DNA from: a virus
Lineage: Duplodnaviria; Heunggongvirae; Uroviricota; Caudoviricetes
DNA length: 13,651 nucleotides
Strand: one strand, 5' to 3'
IMG/VR virus record: IMGVR_UViG_2654587685_000021
This document shows, one piece after another, positions 1-8,119 of the stretch. Both the position numbers and the translations under genes were made by a program. Positions within the stretch are counted from its first letter, which is position 1; every line of letters begins with the position of its first letter. The notes beneath the pieces are model-generated. The model was not told the origin of the DNA, ran no database searches, and worked only from the letters and a program-made list of their open reading frames with translations.

Positions 1-366
1 ATGATTGATGTCTTAGGGCCGGAGAAACGCAGACGGCGTACCACACAGGAAAAGATCGCAATTGTTCAGCAGAGCTTTGAACCGGGGATGACGGTCTCCC
101 TCGTTGCCCGGCAACATGGTGTAGCAGCCAGCCAGTTATTTCTCTGGCGTAAGCAATACCAGGAAGGAAGTCTTACTGCTGTCGCCGCCGGAGAACAGGT
201 TGTTCCTGCCTCTGAACTTGCTGCCGCCATGAAGCAGATTAAAGAACTCCAGCGCCTGCTCGGCAAGAAAACGATGGAAAATGAACTCCTCAAAGAAGCC
301 GTTGAATATGGACGGGCAAAAAAGTGGATAGCGCACGCGCCCTTATTGCCCGGGGATGGGGAGTAA
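1..366 (+). CDS. insC: IS2 transposase OrfA (InsC), helix-turn-helix DNA-binding part
   Basis: 121-aa ORF ([40 protein letters not shown]...) recognised as IS2 InsC; ATG at 1. Confidence 0.85.
318..324 (+). promoter_or_regulatory. Programmed -1 ribosomal frameshift site A AAA AAG of IS2 (insC to insD)
   Basis: The heptamer AAAAAAG occupies 318-324 with AAA and AAG in the insC zero frame (..R A K K W..). The insD frame is exactly -1. This is the standard IS3-family arrangement. Confidence 0.7.
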
Positions 367-1229
367 GCTTAGTCAGCCGTTGTCTCCGGGTGTCGCGTGC
401 GCAGTTGCACGTCATTCTCAGACGAACCGATGACTGGATGGATGGCCGCCGCAGTCGTCACACTGATGATACGGATGTGCTTCTCCGTATACACCATGTT
501 ATCGGAGAGCTGCCCACGTATGGTTATCGTCGGGTATGGGCGCTGCTTCGCAGACAGGCAGAACTTGATGGTATGCCTGCGATCAATGCCAAACGTGTTT
601 ACCGGATCATGCGCCAGAATGCGCTGTTGCTTGAGCGAAAACCTGCTGTACCGCCATCGAAACGGGCACATACAGGCAGAGTGGCCGTGAAAGAAAGCAA
701 TCAGCGATGGTGCTCTGACGGGTTCGAGTTCTGCTGTGATAACGGAGAGAGACTGCGTGTCACGTTCGCGCTGGACTGCTGTGATCGTGAGGCACTGCAC
801 TGGGCGGTCACTACCGGCGGCTTCAACAGTGAAACAGTACAGGACGTCATGCTGGGAGCGGTGGAACGCCGCTTCGGCAACGATCTTCCGTCGTCTCCAG
901 TGGAGTGGCTGACGGATAATGGTTCATGCTACCGGGCTAATGAAACACGCCAGTTCGCCCGGATGTTGGGACTTGAACCGAAGAACACGGCGGTGCGGAG
1001 TCCGGAGAGTAACGGAATAGCAGAGAGCTTCGTGAAAACGATAAAGCGTGACTACATCAGTATCATGCCCAAACCAGACGGGTTAACGGCAGCAAAGAAC
1101 CTTGCAGAGGCGTTCGAGCATTATAACGAATGGCATCCGCATAGTGCGCTGGGTTATCGCTCGCCACGGGAATATCTGCGGCAGCAGGCTTGTAATGGGT
1201 TAAGTGATAACAGATGTCTGGAAATATAG
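324..1229 (+). CDS. insD: IS2 transposase OrfB (InsD), DDE catalytic domain; normally made as an InsCD fusion by -1 frameshifting
   Basis: 301-aa ORF in the -1 frame relative to insC, overlapping its 3' end; recognised as IS2 InsD. The listed start at 324 is a GTG; the functional product is expected to be the fusion. Confidence 0.85.
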
Positions 1230-1240
1230 GGGCAAATCCA

Positions 1241-1614
1241 AAGACCATCGGGGTAAAACGGTTTATGACGTGGCATCAGGGGACTCGTTATTTATTTCTG
1301 AACTCGGTCCATTACCGGAAAATGTTACCTGGTTGTCGCCGTATGGAGAGTATCAGAAGTGGAACGGCACATCCTGGGTGAAAGATGCAGAAGCAGAAAA
1401 ACTGTTTCGGATAAGGGAGGCGGAAGAAACAAAAAACAGCCTGATGCAGGTAGCCAGCGAGCATATTGCGCCACTTCAGGATGCCGTAGATTTGGATATT
1501 GCAACGGAGGAAGAGGCATCGTTACTGGCTGCATGGAAGACATACCGGGTATTGTTGAATCGTGTTAATACAGCGGTAGCAGCGGATGTTGAGTGGCCAG
1601 TCGCCCCACAATAA
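1241..1614 (+). pseudogene. Tail fibre assembly protein (Tfa / P2 gpG-like), 3' fragment; the 5' part is displaced by the IS2 insertion
   Basis: The translation after the IS2 end (..[64 protein letters not shown]...[13 protein letters not shown]...) matches the C-terminal two thirds of E. coli prophage Tfa proteins as I recall them. The listed ORF start at 1204 is inside IS2 and is an artefact. Confidence 0.75.
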
Positions 1615-1620
1615 AGAGAA

Positions 1621-1650
1621 AAAGCCATCGATTGAAATATAGATGGCTTT
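1621..1650. terminator. Stem-loop between the convergent tfa and acetyltransferase genes, possible bidirectional terminator
   Basis: AAAGCCATC (1621-1629) pairs with GATGGCTTT (1642-1650), a perfect 9-bp stem around a 12-nt loop with flanking A/T runs. It lies between the tfa stop (1612-1614) and the acetyltransferase stop (1658-1660). Confidence 0.4.
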
Positions 1651-1657
1651 ATGTACT

Positions 1658-2215
1658 CTATTTATACAATACAACACCGCTCTTTTTAGTTATATATGTG
1701 CAGTTCGATGGTATATCTTTATTTATAAAAGACATTGCACCTATTTTTACATTATCCCCAATTTTACGTGATAATCCAATGATGCAACAATTAGCTCCGA
1801 TATCAACGTTACTACCAATTTTTACTCTTGAACCAGGCATGTCACCATCTATCTGTCCAATGGTAGTATTCTGTCGTAACACCAGATTTTCACCAGCATC
1901 AACAGCAAAATGAACAACAATTCCAGCATGATGGGGAATTGTTAACCCTTTTCCAATATTTGCGCCCAATCCAATTTCACAACCAAATTTGTTAATTATT
2001 TTACTGTTTAACTTTTTGGCTGCTTTCTTATGTAATTTATTACCATTAATATACATTTCGTTAGCCAACCGCCACCAGAAAAGGAAATTCCGGTTACGCT
2101 GTTTTTTCTCTCTTAAAAGCCTCCAGATATCCATACGTTTCCGCCGAATTACTTCATATTTCCAGAAGTTTTTTAAATTAGTAGAGTCCCCAAATAAAAC
2201 AAAGTGAATTGCCAT
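1658..2215 (-). CDS. Hexapeptide-repeat acyltransferase, CysE/WcaB-like (serine or polysaccharide O-acetyltransferase family); AT-rich cargo gene
   Basis: The translation has the ...WWRLANEMYINGNKLHKKAAKKL... helix followed by a hexapeptide-repeat core (GCEIGLGANIGKGLTIPHHAGIVVHFAVDAGENLVLRQNTTIGQ...VKIGSNVDIGANCCIIG) like CysE and WcaB. The start is uncertain: ATG at 2215 or GTG at 2263 (the ORF-track start), neither with a good Shine-Dalgarno. The region is visibly AT-rich compared with the flanking tail genes. Confidence 0.65.
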   Translation of the reverse strand: MAIHFVLFGDSTNLKNFWKYEVIRRKRMDIWRLLREKKQRNRNFLFWWRLANEMYINGNKLHKKAAKKLNSKIINKFGCEIGLGANIGKGLTIPHHAGIVVHFAVDAGENLVLRQNTTIGQIDGDMPGSRVKIGSNVDIGANCCIIGLSRKIGDNVKIGAMSFINKDIPSNCTYITKKSGVVLYK

Positions 2216-2386
2216 TAAGTAAGACAGCACGATAATCTCCTTAATTATTATTTCAGACCACACATATTATAAGGTTAAGAGATTATAAAATCCTGTTGTT
2301 TGTTATTCAAAAACAATTTTCTGAGAAGGACATACAACAGCAAGTCGCCAGTCACCTTCATCAGGAAATTGGCGACATACGTTAAA

Positions 2387-2881
2387 TCAGAGCAGCCCCT
2401 TAACTGAGCTGGTCGCGCTATTAAGGGATGATGTCACCTTATCTTTGAAGCCGGACAACATATCGCTGAACGATGAGGATTGCAGGCGCTCCCGCAAATC
2501 CTCATCACAGCGTTCAAGAGTCAGTGAAAATTCTATCTTTTTCGCCTTACCGTAGCGATCAAACTCGGAGCGGGTCGTATTCGTTTCGGTCAGGACATAC
2601 ATGCCGTAAATCTGCCCGACGCCATCAATCAGAGGCCAGGGCCGTCCTGTATACGCCTGCGTGGTCAGCAGAGACAGCGACACTTCGCCACCTGTAATTT
2701 CAGGATAAAGCACACCAGAAAGAACGATGCGATCATCACCTGCACCGATATACTGCCAGCTTGCTGAACGGTTAACGCGTTCATTTTTCACATGCCGCCA
2801 GCTTTTGTTTTGCTGTAACTGCTGATGCGGCAGCGTGCGCAGCTCAAAAACAAACATGCCATAGATCATCATCATGGCCAT
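2387..2881 (-). CDS. U: Phage tail protein gpU (P2 U-like)
   Basis: 164-aa ORF directly after the tape-measure gene, in the position and size expected for gpU. The start probably lies among the MAMMM methionines: GAGGAG sits about 8 nt before the third Met at 2875. Confidence 0.75.
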   Translation of the reverse strand: MAMMMIYGMFVFELRTLPHQQLQQNKSWRHVKNERVNRSASWQYIGAGDDRIVLSGVLYPEITGGEVSLSLLTTQAYTGRPWPLIDGVGQIYGMYVLTETNTTRSEFDRYGKAKKIEFSLTLERCDEDLRERLQSSSFSDMLSGFKDKVTSSLNSATSSVKGLL

Positions 2882-2887
2882 GACTCC

Positions 2888-5704
2888 TCAATCTTTATCG
2901 TAAAAACTGCCACGCCCGGCACGGGCGCGCCGTTCCATTTCTGCCCTGACCATTTCACCGACCAGTTTCGCCAGTTCGCGGGGATTCTGCGTAACAACGT
3001 TATGCAGATGAACATGAATTTCACCGCCAAATCTGGAGACAGCAGGCTCCCGATTACGGGAAGCTGCAGGAACTGATGCCACTGGCGATCGTATGGCCTC
3101 CGCCACCGGGCGGGAGCTGGCCGCAACAACAGGGACCAGCGCCGGAGGCAGCGGAGCCGGGACTACGGGTGTGATATTAATTGCGGGGGCAGGCTTACTG
3201 ACCTGCGCAATCTTCCGCTCCTGCCACTCCCCACGAACAGCAAGTGCGCGGGGCAGGTTCTTAAAGACAATATCGCCAGGGCCAATGCGTTTTTTCGTCT
3301 CATCAACCAGCTTACCTGTGTTATCAGCAATTTTGCTGAGTCTGCGTAGCGTCCCGGTATTGCTGTCTGTGAGCGGTTTGTTGTCTTTGGGTTTATCACC
3401 TCCGGTGCCATTGCCATTTTCCACAGGCTTCGGCGGATTGATTTTCGCCAGGTCCCCCTGAAGTAAGGCAACCTTATCCTGAAGAATGGCCGCACGCTGT
3501 GCGTCTTCGATTTTCTTGCGCGCCCTTTCCGCTTCATCCGGAAGGACGCCAAGTTTTTCAAGTATCCACGCCAGCGTATCCAGTAGCATTTTTGCAGGTG
3601 TCAGAACAAGTTGTAACGCACCGCCAAGAACGTTACCGAATATCTCGCCAGCACTGGTACATTTATCCAGCGTTTCCTTGCTGGACTCCATCGGTGACAG
3701 CAGCGATTTAAACCAGTTAAACACCTGGCTGATCCCGCTTCCGATTGCGTCAAAAACAGGGCCAAACCGTTCAAAGGTTTCACGCAACGGGTTCAGCCTT
3801 TCCATAATCCCGCTGAACACCCCGGCAAAAAATGCCCTGATGGGATCCCAGTATTTCCAGATAAGGACGGCAGCTCCGGCAAGCGCAGCCACGATAAGAC
3901 CAACCGGACTGAACAGCGCCCCGATAGCGCCTCCCAGTAAAGAAACGGAACCCGTCACCATTCCCCATAGTGCTGGCAGGACCCTGACAGCATTCATTGA
4001 TCCGGTCAGGAGAGAAAAACCAAGACGCAGTTTTGCCAGCGGACCAGCAAGCACACCAATAGCCAGCGACAACGAGCCAACCGTTGCAGTCATTGCCAGC
4101 AACGCACCGCCTGCTATCAGTAGCTGGCGCGTCAGTGCCGGATGGGCCTGCGCCAGCGCCGTCACCCTTGATACCACCCGCGTGAGCCACTGCGTGACAG
4201 AACGCAGCGGACCGTCAATCAGATCTGCAATGCGGATGCGCAACCCTTCCCATGCACTGCCGAGTGATTTCAGATCGCCGTCAAGGTTGTTGGCCATAAC
4301 CTTTGCTGTGCGTTCAGCCTCACCGCGCGCGCCTTCAAGTTCTTTTCTCAGTTTGGGTAAGGAACCGTCACCCACTGCATCAACGAGCGCCATAAACGAT
4401 GTGAAAGCCTCTTCTCCGGCAATGTCCTTAAAGAACGATACCCGGTCAACTTCCCCGTATTTGCGGGTGGCTTTATAAAGGTCGGCCAGCACATCCTCCA
4501 TCGGGCGCATTTTACCCCCGGCATCCGAGACGGACACGCCCAGCTCTTTCAGAGCTTCTGCCGCCGCCTTTGGCGGTGATGCCAGACGAGCCAGGCTGGC
4601 ACGCATTGCCGTCCCGGCATCACTCCCTCTGATGCCCATATTCGCCAGCACACCAGCCATCGCTGCGGCCTGCTCCAGCGATATTCCCAGCTTACCCGCC
4701 ACCGGACCTGCATATTTCATGGTTTCGCCCAGTGCGCGAAGGTCAGTGTTGGTACGGGTAAACGCTGCGGTGAGTGTGTCACCGACCCGGTCCATCTGGT
4801 CAGCAGAAAGGCCGAACTGCGTCAGGATATTTGAGCCAATATCTGCCGTCTCGCCGAGATCCATACCGCCAGCCGTTGCCATGCTCAGCACTCCGGGAAG
4901 CGCAGCCTGAATGGCCTGCGGTGTGAAGCCTGCCATTGCAAGAAATGCCTGCCCACTGGCGGCATCGCCTGCGGTGAACTGCGTTTCAGAGCCAAGTTTT
5001 AACGCCTGCTCACGCAGCGCCTTAAACTGCGGGCTGTTCTGGTCGATTCGCGTCAGCGCCTGAACGCGGGACATCTCTTTGCCGAACCCGATCGCGGGCT
5101 GCAAAAAACGCCCGGCAGCATAGCCGCCCGCCGCTGCCGCACCAATTGCCAGCGCACCACCTGTTTTCAGTTTTCCCGCGGTTTCCTGCGCGCGCGAATA
5201 CCACTCACGCGCCCGCGTTACACGCGCAAGCGCCTGCCGTTCGCGTTCAAGCTGGTTGTTGTACTGTTCGGTGCGTCTGATGGCCTGCTGGATGGTGTTA
5301 TCGCTGCCTGTCAGGGAAATGCCGTGGCGTTTCAGCTCTCCGCCAAGCTCCCGCATTTTCTGAATTTCCCGTGTGCGCGATTCATTCAGGCGTTCAAGCC
5401 GGGTGCTTAACTGCTGCATCAGCTTTTGTTGTTTTTCGCTGAGCACTGTACCCGTGCGTTGTAACTGATTAAGGGCGTTAAGCTGGCGTCGTGCTTTCAC
5501 GATACCCGCATCCGCTTTACTGACAGCGTCGCGGGCGCGCTCAAATGAACGAGCCTGACGCTCGAGATTTTTAATCGCCCCCTGCGTTCGCTGGATGGAG
5601 TCACCAAACTGCCCCATCAGGCGGCGGGCGTTTTCGGCAGGCCGGGTCAGCCTGTCAACGGCGCTGAAAGCGACCCGGATATCAAGAGTCTTCATTGTCT
5701 GCAT
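2888..5704 (-). CDS. T: Phage tail tape measure protein gpT (P2 T-like)
   Basis: Very long ORF with a coiled-coil, Arg/Gln/Glu-rich N-terminal part, Gly/Ala-rich hydrophobic central segments and a Pro-rich C-terminus, sitting between E/E' and U. The ORF is open to 5731, but a start at MQTMKTLDIRVAF (5704 or 5695) fits the E' stop at 5682 better; the exact start is uncertain. Confidence 0.85.
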   Translation of the reverse strand: MQTMKTLDIRVAFSAVDRLTRPAENARRLMGQFGDSIQRTQGAIKNLERQARSFERARDAVSKADAGIVKARRQLNALNQLQRTGTVLSEKQQKLMQQLSTRLERLNESRTREIQKMRELGGELKRHGISLTGSDNTIQQAIRRTEQYNNQLERERQALARVTRAREWYSRAQETAGKLKTGGALAIGAAAAGGYAAGRFLQPAIGFGKEMSRVQALTRIDQNSPQFKALREQALKLGSETQFTAGDAASGQAFLAMAGFTPQAIQAALPGVLSMATAGGMDLGETADIGSNILTQFGLSADQMDRVGDTLTAAFTRTNTDLRALGETMKYAGPVAGKLGISLEQAAAMAGVLANMGIRGSDAGTAMRASLARLASPPKAAAEALKELGVSVSDAGGKMRPMEDVLADLYKATRKYGEVDRVSFFKDIAGEEAFTSFMALVDAVGDGSLPKLRKELEGARGEAERTAKVMANNLDGDLKSLGSAWEGLRIRIADLIDGPLRSVTQWLTRVVSRVTALAQAHPALTRQLLIAGGALLAMTATVGSLSLAIGVLAGPLAKLRLGFSLLTGSMNAVRVLPALWGMVTGSVSLLGGAIGALFSPVGLIVAALAGAAVLIWKYWDPIRAFFAGVFSGIMERLNPLRETFERFGPVFDAIGSGISQVFNWFKSLLSPMESSKETLDKCTSAGEIFGNVLGGALQLVLTPAKMLLDTLAWILEKLGVLPDEAERARKKIEDAQRAAILQDKVALLQGDLAKINPPKPVENGNGTGGDKPKDNKPLTDSNTGTLRRLSKIADNTGKLVDETKKRIGPGDIVFKNLPRALAVRGEWQERKIAQVSKPAPAINITPVVPAPLPPALVPVVAASSRPVAEAIRSPVASVPAASRNREPAVSRFGGEIHVHLHNVVTQNPRELAKLVGEMVRAEMERRARAGRGSFYDKD

Positions 5705-5900
5705 TCCCGCTGCGAAGTGCCGCCCGCTCACGCCAGCTAACCACTTCGCCGGGCGTCATCATGAAGATTTCGGCGGGCGACCAGTTAAAAATAACGGCAA
5801 TATCTGCCACAAAGTCTTCTATGTGCTCAAAGCACACAACCGTGATCAGGCTTCCGTCGCCTGTTCGTTCTTCCCGCCAGAGTCCGCACCGCTCAAAAAA
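5682..5900 (-). CDS. E': E' extension of the tail chaperone, made only as the gpE+E' fusion by -1 frameshifting
   Basis: The E' frame is -1 relative to E. It is closed upstream by TGA at 5933-5931 and open from the slip site to the stop at 5682-5684. It overlaps the 3' end of E, as in P2 E/E'. Confidence 0.7.
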   Translation of the reverse strand, partial: FFERCGLWREERTGDGSLITVVCFEHIEDFVADIAVIFNWSPAEIFMMTPGEVVSWRERAALRSGNADNEDS

Positions 5901-6211
5901 TTTACGGCAACCACACATAACTGAATAAAGTCACGGGATGCCATTTTTTTGATCGTCACTTCATCCAGTCGCGGTGATGTCACGCGTGACAGCAGCGTAA
6001 ACATGGATTCCGCTTTCAGATTCAGCACATCAGACAGCGACAAATCTCGCAGAGATCCAGCCTGCTCAATAGCCCCGGTGATCTCCACATACGTGATTTT
6101 TTCGCCGCCTCGCTCAATTGGTTGGGTAAGTTTTACACCACGCTCACTGGTTTCTTTCACAGTGTCAGCAACTACCGTGTTTTCGGTATCGATGTTTTTC
6201 GTCTCTTTCAT
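5846..6211 (-). CDS. E: Phage tail assembly chaperone gpE (P2 E-like)
   Basis: 121-aa acidic protein between the tube and tape-measure genes. AAGGAG lies 7 nt before the ATG at 6211. It contains the frameshift site near its 3' end. Confidence 0.8.
   Translation of the reverse strand: MKETKNIDTENTVVADTVKETSERGVKLTQPIERGGEKITYVEITGAIEQAGSLRDLSLSDVLNLKAESMFTLLSRVTSPRLDEVTIKKMASRDFIQLCVVAVNFLSGADSGGKNEQATEA
5894..5900 (-). promoter_or_regulatory. Programmed -1 frameshift slippery heptamer T TTT TTG (E to E+E')
   Basis: The minus strand reads AAT TTT TTG AGC in the E frame (..V N F L S..). The heptamer TTTTTTG is the slip sequence I recall for the P2 E/E' frameshift, and the -1 frame continues into the 5682..5918 ORF. 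Confidence 0.75.
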
Positions 6212-6265
6212 CAGGAAACTCCTTTCAGTCAGAGGCGACGCACTGCGCCGCCTGCATATTACTTA

Positions 6266-6778
6266 TCAGCCAAGCCCGAGCGCGGAACGGATGCGATCGG
6301 GCACAATGTCCTTGCCGTCCTTCCGGTAAATGAAGTTCAGCAGGTCAATCTCCCACAACGGGCGATCGTTAACACTCAGCTTGTAGTAGGTGTTTTTAAT
6401 GGCGTAAGTGTGTGATGTGGCTTCGCCCTGTTTGGCTTCCCCCATATCAATTTCCGTCACACGTCCGCGCATTTCGACTTCATACAGGTCGCTTTCTGCA
6501 TCGGTGTAATATTCACCCGCAAAACGCAGCAGCGTGCCGTCAATCGTGCCGCCATACTTAAGGAACAGCTCACGAACTGCGCCCCCCATGACAAAGCTCG
6601 CATCAAGCGCGGAGTCGTCCAGACCGAGATCAATACTTACCGCACCCATCATGCCACCACCCCGGTAGCTGTCGGTTTTGCGCGTCAGCTTAGGCAGAGT
6701 GACGGACGTCACCTTACCCACTTCGTTTTCACCATCCACAAACAGCGTAAAAAAGCGAAGATGTTTTGGTACAGCCAT
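6266..6778 (-). CDS. FII: Phage major tail tube protein (P2 FII-like)
   Basis: 170-aa ORF immediately after the sheath gene; its ATG overlaps the sheath stop (TGATG on the minus strand). Size and position match gpFII. Confidence 0.85.
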   Translation of the reverse strand: MAVPKHLRFFTLFVDGENEVGKVTSVTLPKLTRKTDSYRGGGMMGAVSIDLGLDDSALDASFVMGGAVRELFLKYGGTIDGTLLRFAGEYYTDAESDLYEVEMRGRVTEIDMGEAKQGEATSHTYAIKNTYYKLSVNDRPLWEIDLLNFIYRKDGKDIVPDRIRSALGLG

Positions 6779-7962
6779 CAGGCACCTCCCAGCACCGCAA
6801 ATGCGGGTTCAAAGTATTCATCAGTAAACGTCTGGTAAAGCTCCATGTCTTCCAGTGGCGGAACGGGCGTATATTTGTAGCGAATACGCACACGCCCCTG
6901 ACGTAAATCCGTGGTGCTGTTATCCACCACGTCATACCAGCACTCCGCGCCAATCAGTTTCCCGGCAGTAACCAGCGAATCCAGTTTTGCCCTGATGGCA
7001 CTGATAACATCCTTCACGTTCGCAGGCGTCAGTGGACTGTCGATGGTTTCAAACTGCGCTTCCGCAATTGAATCAGCCAGCACCTGTGCGGTTCGGGTAT
7101 ACACCTCAAAGATGTAGGCGTTCGTTTCCGGTGTGCGGTTGCCCCAGAAGCGGAACCCGTTGCGACGAATAATGGTCGTGATTTCTTTGTTGTTGAGGCT
7201 GTTGGCATCACTGTCTTCGGCCTGCAACGACCAGAAAACATGCCTGGACATCCCCAGCACATTTTTAACAGGAACGTTGGACAGCGATTTGTGCCAGCCC
7301 TGCTCATGGTCAATGTACGCACGAAGGCCGCACGCATAGGCAGGCGCGGGGAACGTTTCGTTTTTGCCACTTTTCGGGTTGTAGGCGATGAAGTCCGGCC
7401 ATAAGAGCATCACCTCACGTTCGTTGAATTTCTGGCGGTAGGTAATTGCCTCAGCCATCGTGTTACAGTCATGACATGAGGCATACACAAACGCGCGCAG
7501 TTTACCCGCAATCACGCACAGGGATTTTGTCACCGCCTCCGTGTCCAGCTCCGGCGCGGCCAGAATACGCGGACGGTATCCGATGCTTTCATCCTGCTCT
7601 GCAACAAGCAGCGCATACATCCCCGTATAGCTGCCGTCAGATTCAGAACCACCGATAACCAGTTGATCCTGCGTCTTACCGCCTTCTTCTTTGTGTTCAG
7701 CCACGCGAACGACGATCACTTTTGTGCTCACCTGGTCTGCAATAGCCTTAAGCGCACGATAAAGCGTCCCCGTAGTCCCGCATTTTCCCAGCACGTCATT
7801 GACGCGGGTCAGCAGTGTGGGCTTGTTCAGCGGGAACAGCTCCGCGTCCGCATCATCCGCCGTTGCCACGATACCGATAACACTGGAATCAACATCATTA
7901 ATCGCTGTTACCAGGTCGGTACTTTCCGTAACACGGGCACCATGAAAACGAGTTTCACTCAT
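6778..7962 (-). CDS. FI: Phage contractile tail sheath protein (P2 FI-like)
   Basis: 394-aa ORF with motifs I recall from P2 gpFI (..DADAE.FPLNKP.., LRAF.Y, WPDF, QGWHK.LSNV, RR.GFRFWGNRT, YTRTAQV, Y.YTPVPPLE). Confidence 0.9.
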   Translation of the reverse strand: MSETRFHGARVTESTDLVTAINDVDSSVIGIVATADDADAELFPLNKPTLLTRVNDVLGKCGTTGTLYRALKAIADQVSTKVIVVRVAEHKEEGGKTQDQLVIGGSESDGSYTGMYALLVAEQDESIGYRPRILAAPELDTEAVTKSLCVIAGKLRAFVYASCHDCNTMAEAITYRQKFNEREVMLLWPDFIAYNPKSGKNETFPAPAYACGLRAYIDHEQGWHKSLSNVPVKNVLGMSRHVFWSLQAEDSDANSLNNKEITTIIRRNGFRFWGNRTPETNAYIFEVYTRTAQVLADSIAEAQFETIDSPLTPANVKDVISAIRAKLDSLVTAGKLIGAECWYDVVDNSTTDLRQGRVRIRYKYTPVPPLEDMELYQTFTDEYFEPAFAVLGGA

Positions 7963-8119
7963 AGCTTCAGCCCCTTGTATCCGTTAAATGATTCGGCAAC
8001 AATCATCACCCACCACGCGCGTAATCTCACCCCTGCGCCGTTCTCCCGCCACGGCGACAACAAAAAGCAGTAACCCCCTATGCACGCACATGCGACCATG
8101 CCGCACAGGGAGGGAACAG

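Larger units (their letters stand above)
1..1240 (+). mobile_element. IS2 (IS3 family), partial: the left end lies beyond the window start; the right terminus ends ...ATATAGGGGCAAATCCA at 1240
   Basis: The insC and insD translations are recognisable as the IS2 transposase ORFs. The right terminal sequence matches the IS2 inverted repeat as I remember it. The element sits inside a phage tfa gene. Confidence 0.85.

Noticed and set aside
66-800. Minus-strand and alternative-frame ORFs inside IS2 (75, 66, 143 and 97 aa)
   Set aside because: They overlap the well-established insC and insD frames; IS2 is not known to encode them.
1593-2207. Plus-strand ORFs (106 and 72 aa) opposite the acetyltransferase gene
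   Set aside because: They overlap the better-supported minus-strand hexapeptide acetyltransferase and are hydrophobic artefacts of AT-rich sequence.
3093-4910. Plus-strand ORFs inside the tape measure gene (122, 330, 70 and 92 aa)
   Set aside because: They are antisense shadow ORFs of the long tape-measure gene, with Ser/Ala/Pro/Arg-rich low-complexity translations and no start signals.
5941-5953. A7 run (minus strand) inside gene E as an alternative frameshift site
   Set aside because: The -1 frame from this point hits TGA at 5933-5931 before reaching E'. The TTTTTTG heptamer at 5894-5900 is the site that joins E to E'.
7988-8119. N-terminal extension of the gene D ORF (MIRQQSSPTTRVISPLRRS...) as given in the ORF track
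   Set aside because: It lies in the FI/D intergenic region, has no ribosome-binding site, and has Pro/Ser/Arg-rich composition. The ATG at 8120 has a GGGAGGG Shine-Dalgarno and the conserved gpD sequence begins there.
7963-8119. Search for an Ogr-type late promoter operator (TGT-N12-ACA) upstream of FI
   Set aside because: There is only one TGT in the interval (7976-7978) and no ACA at the required spacing, so no call was made. A late promoter may still exist with a divergent site.
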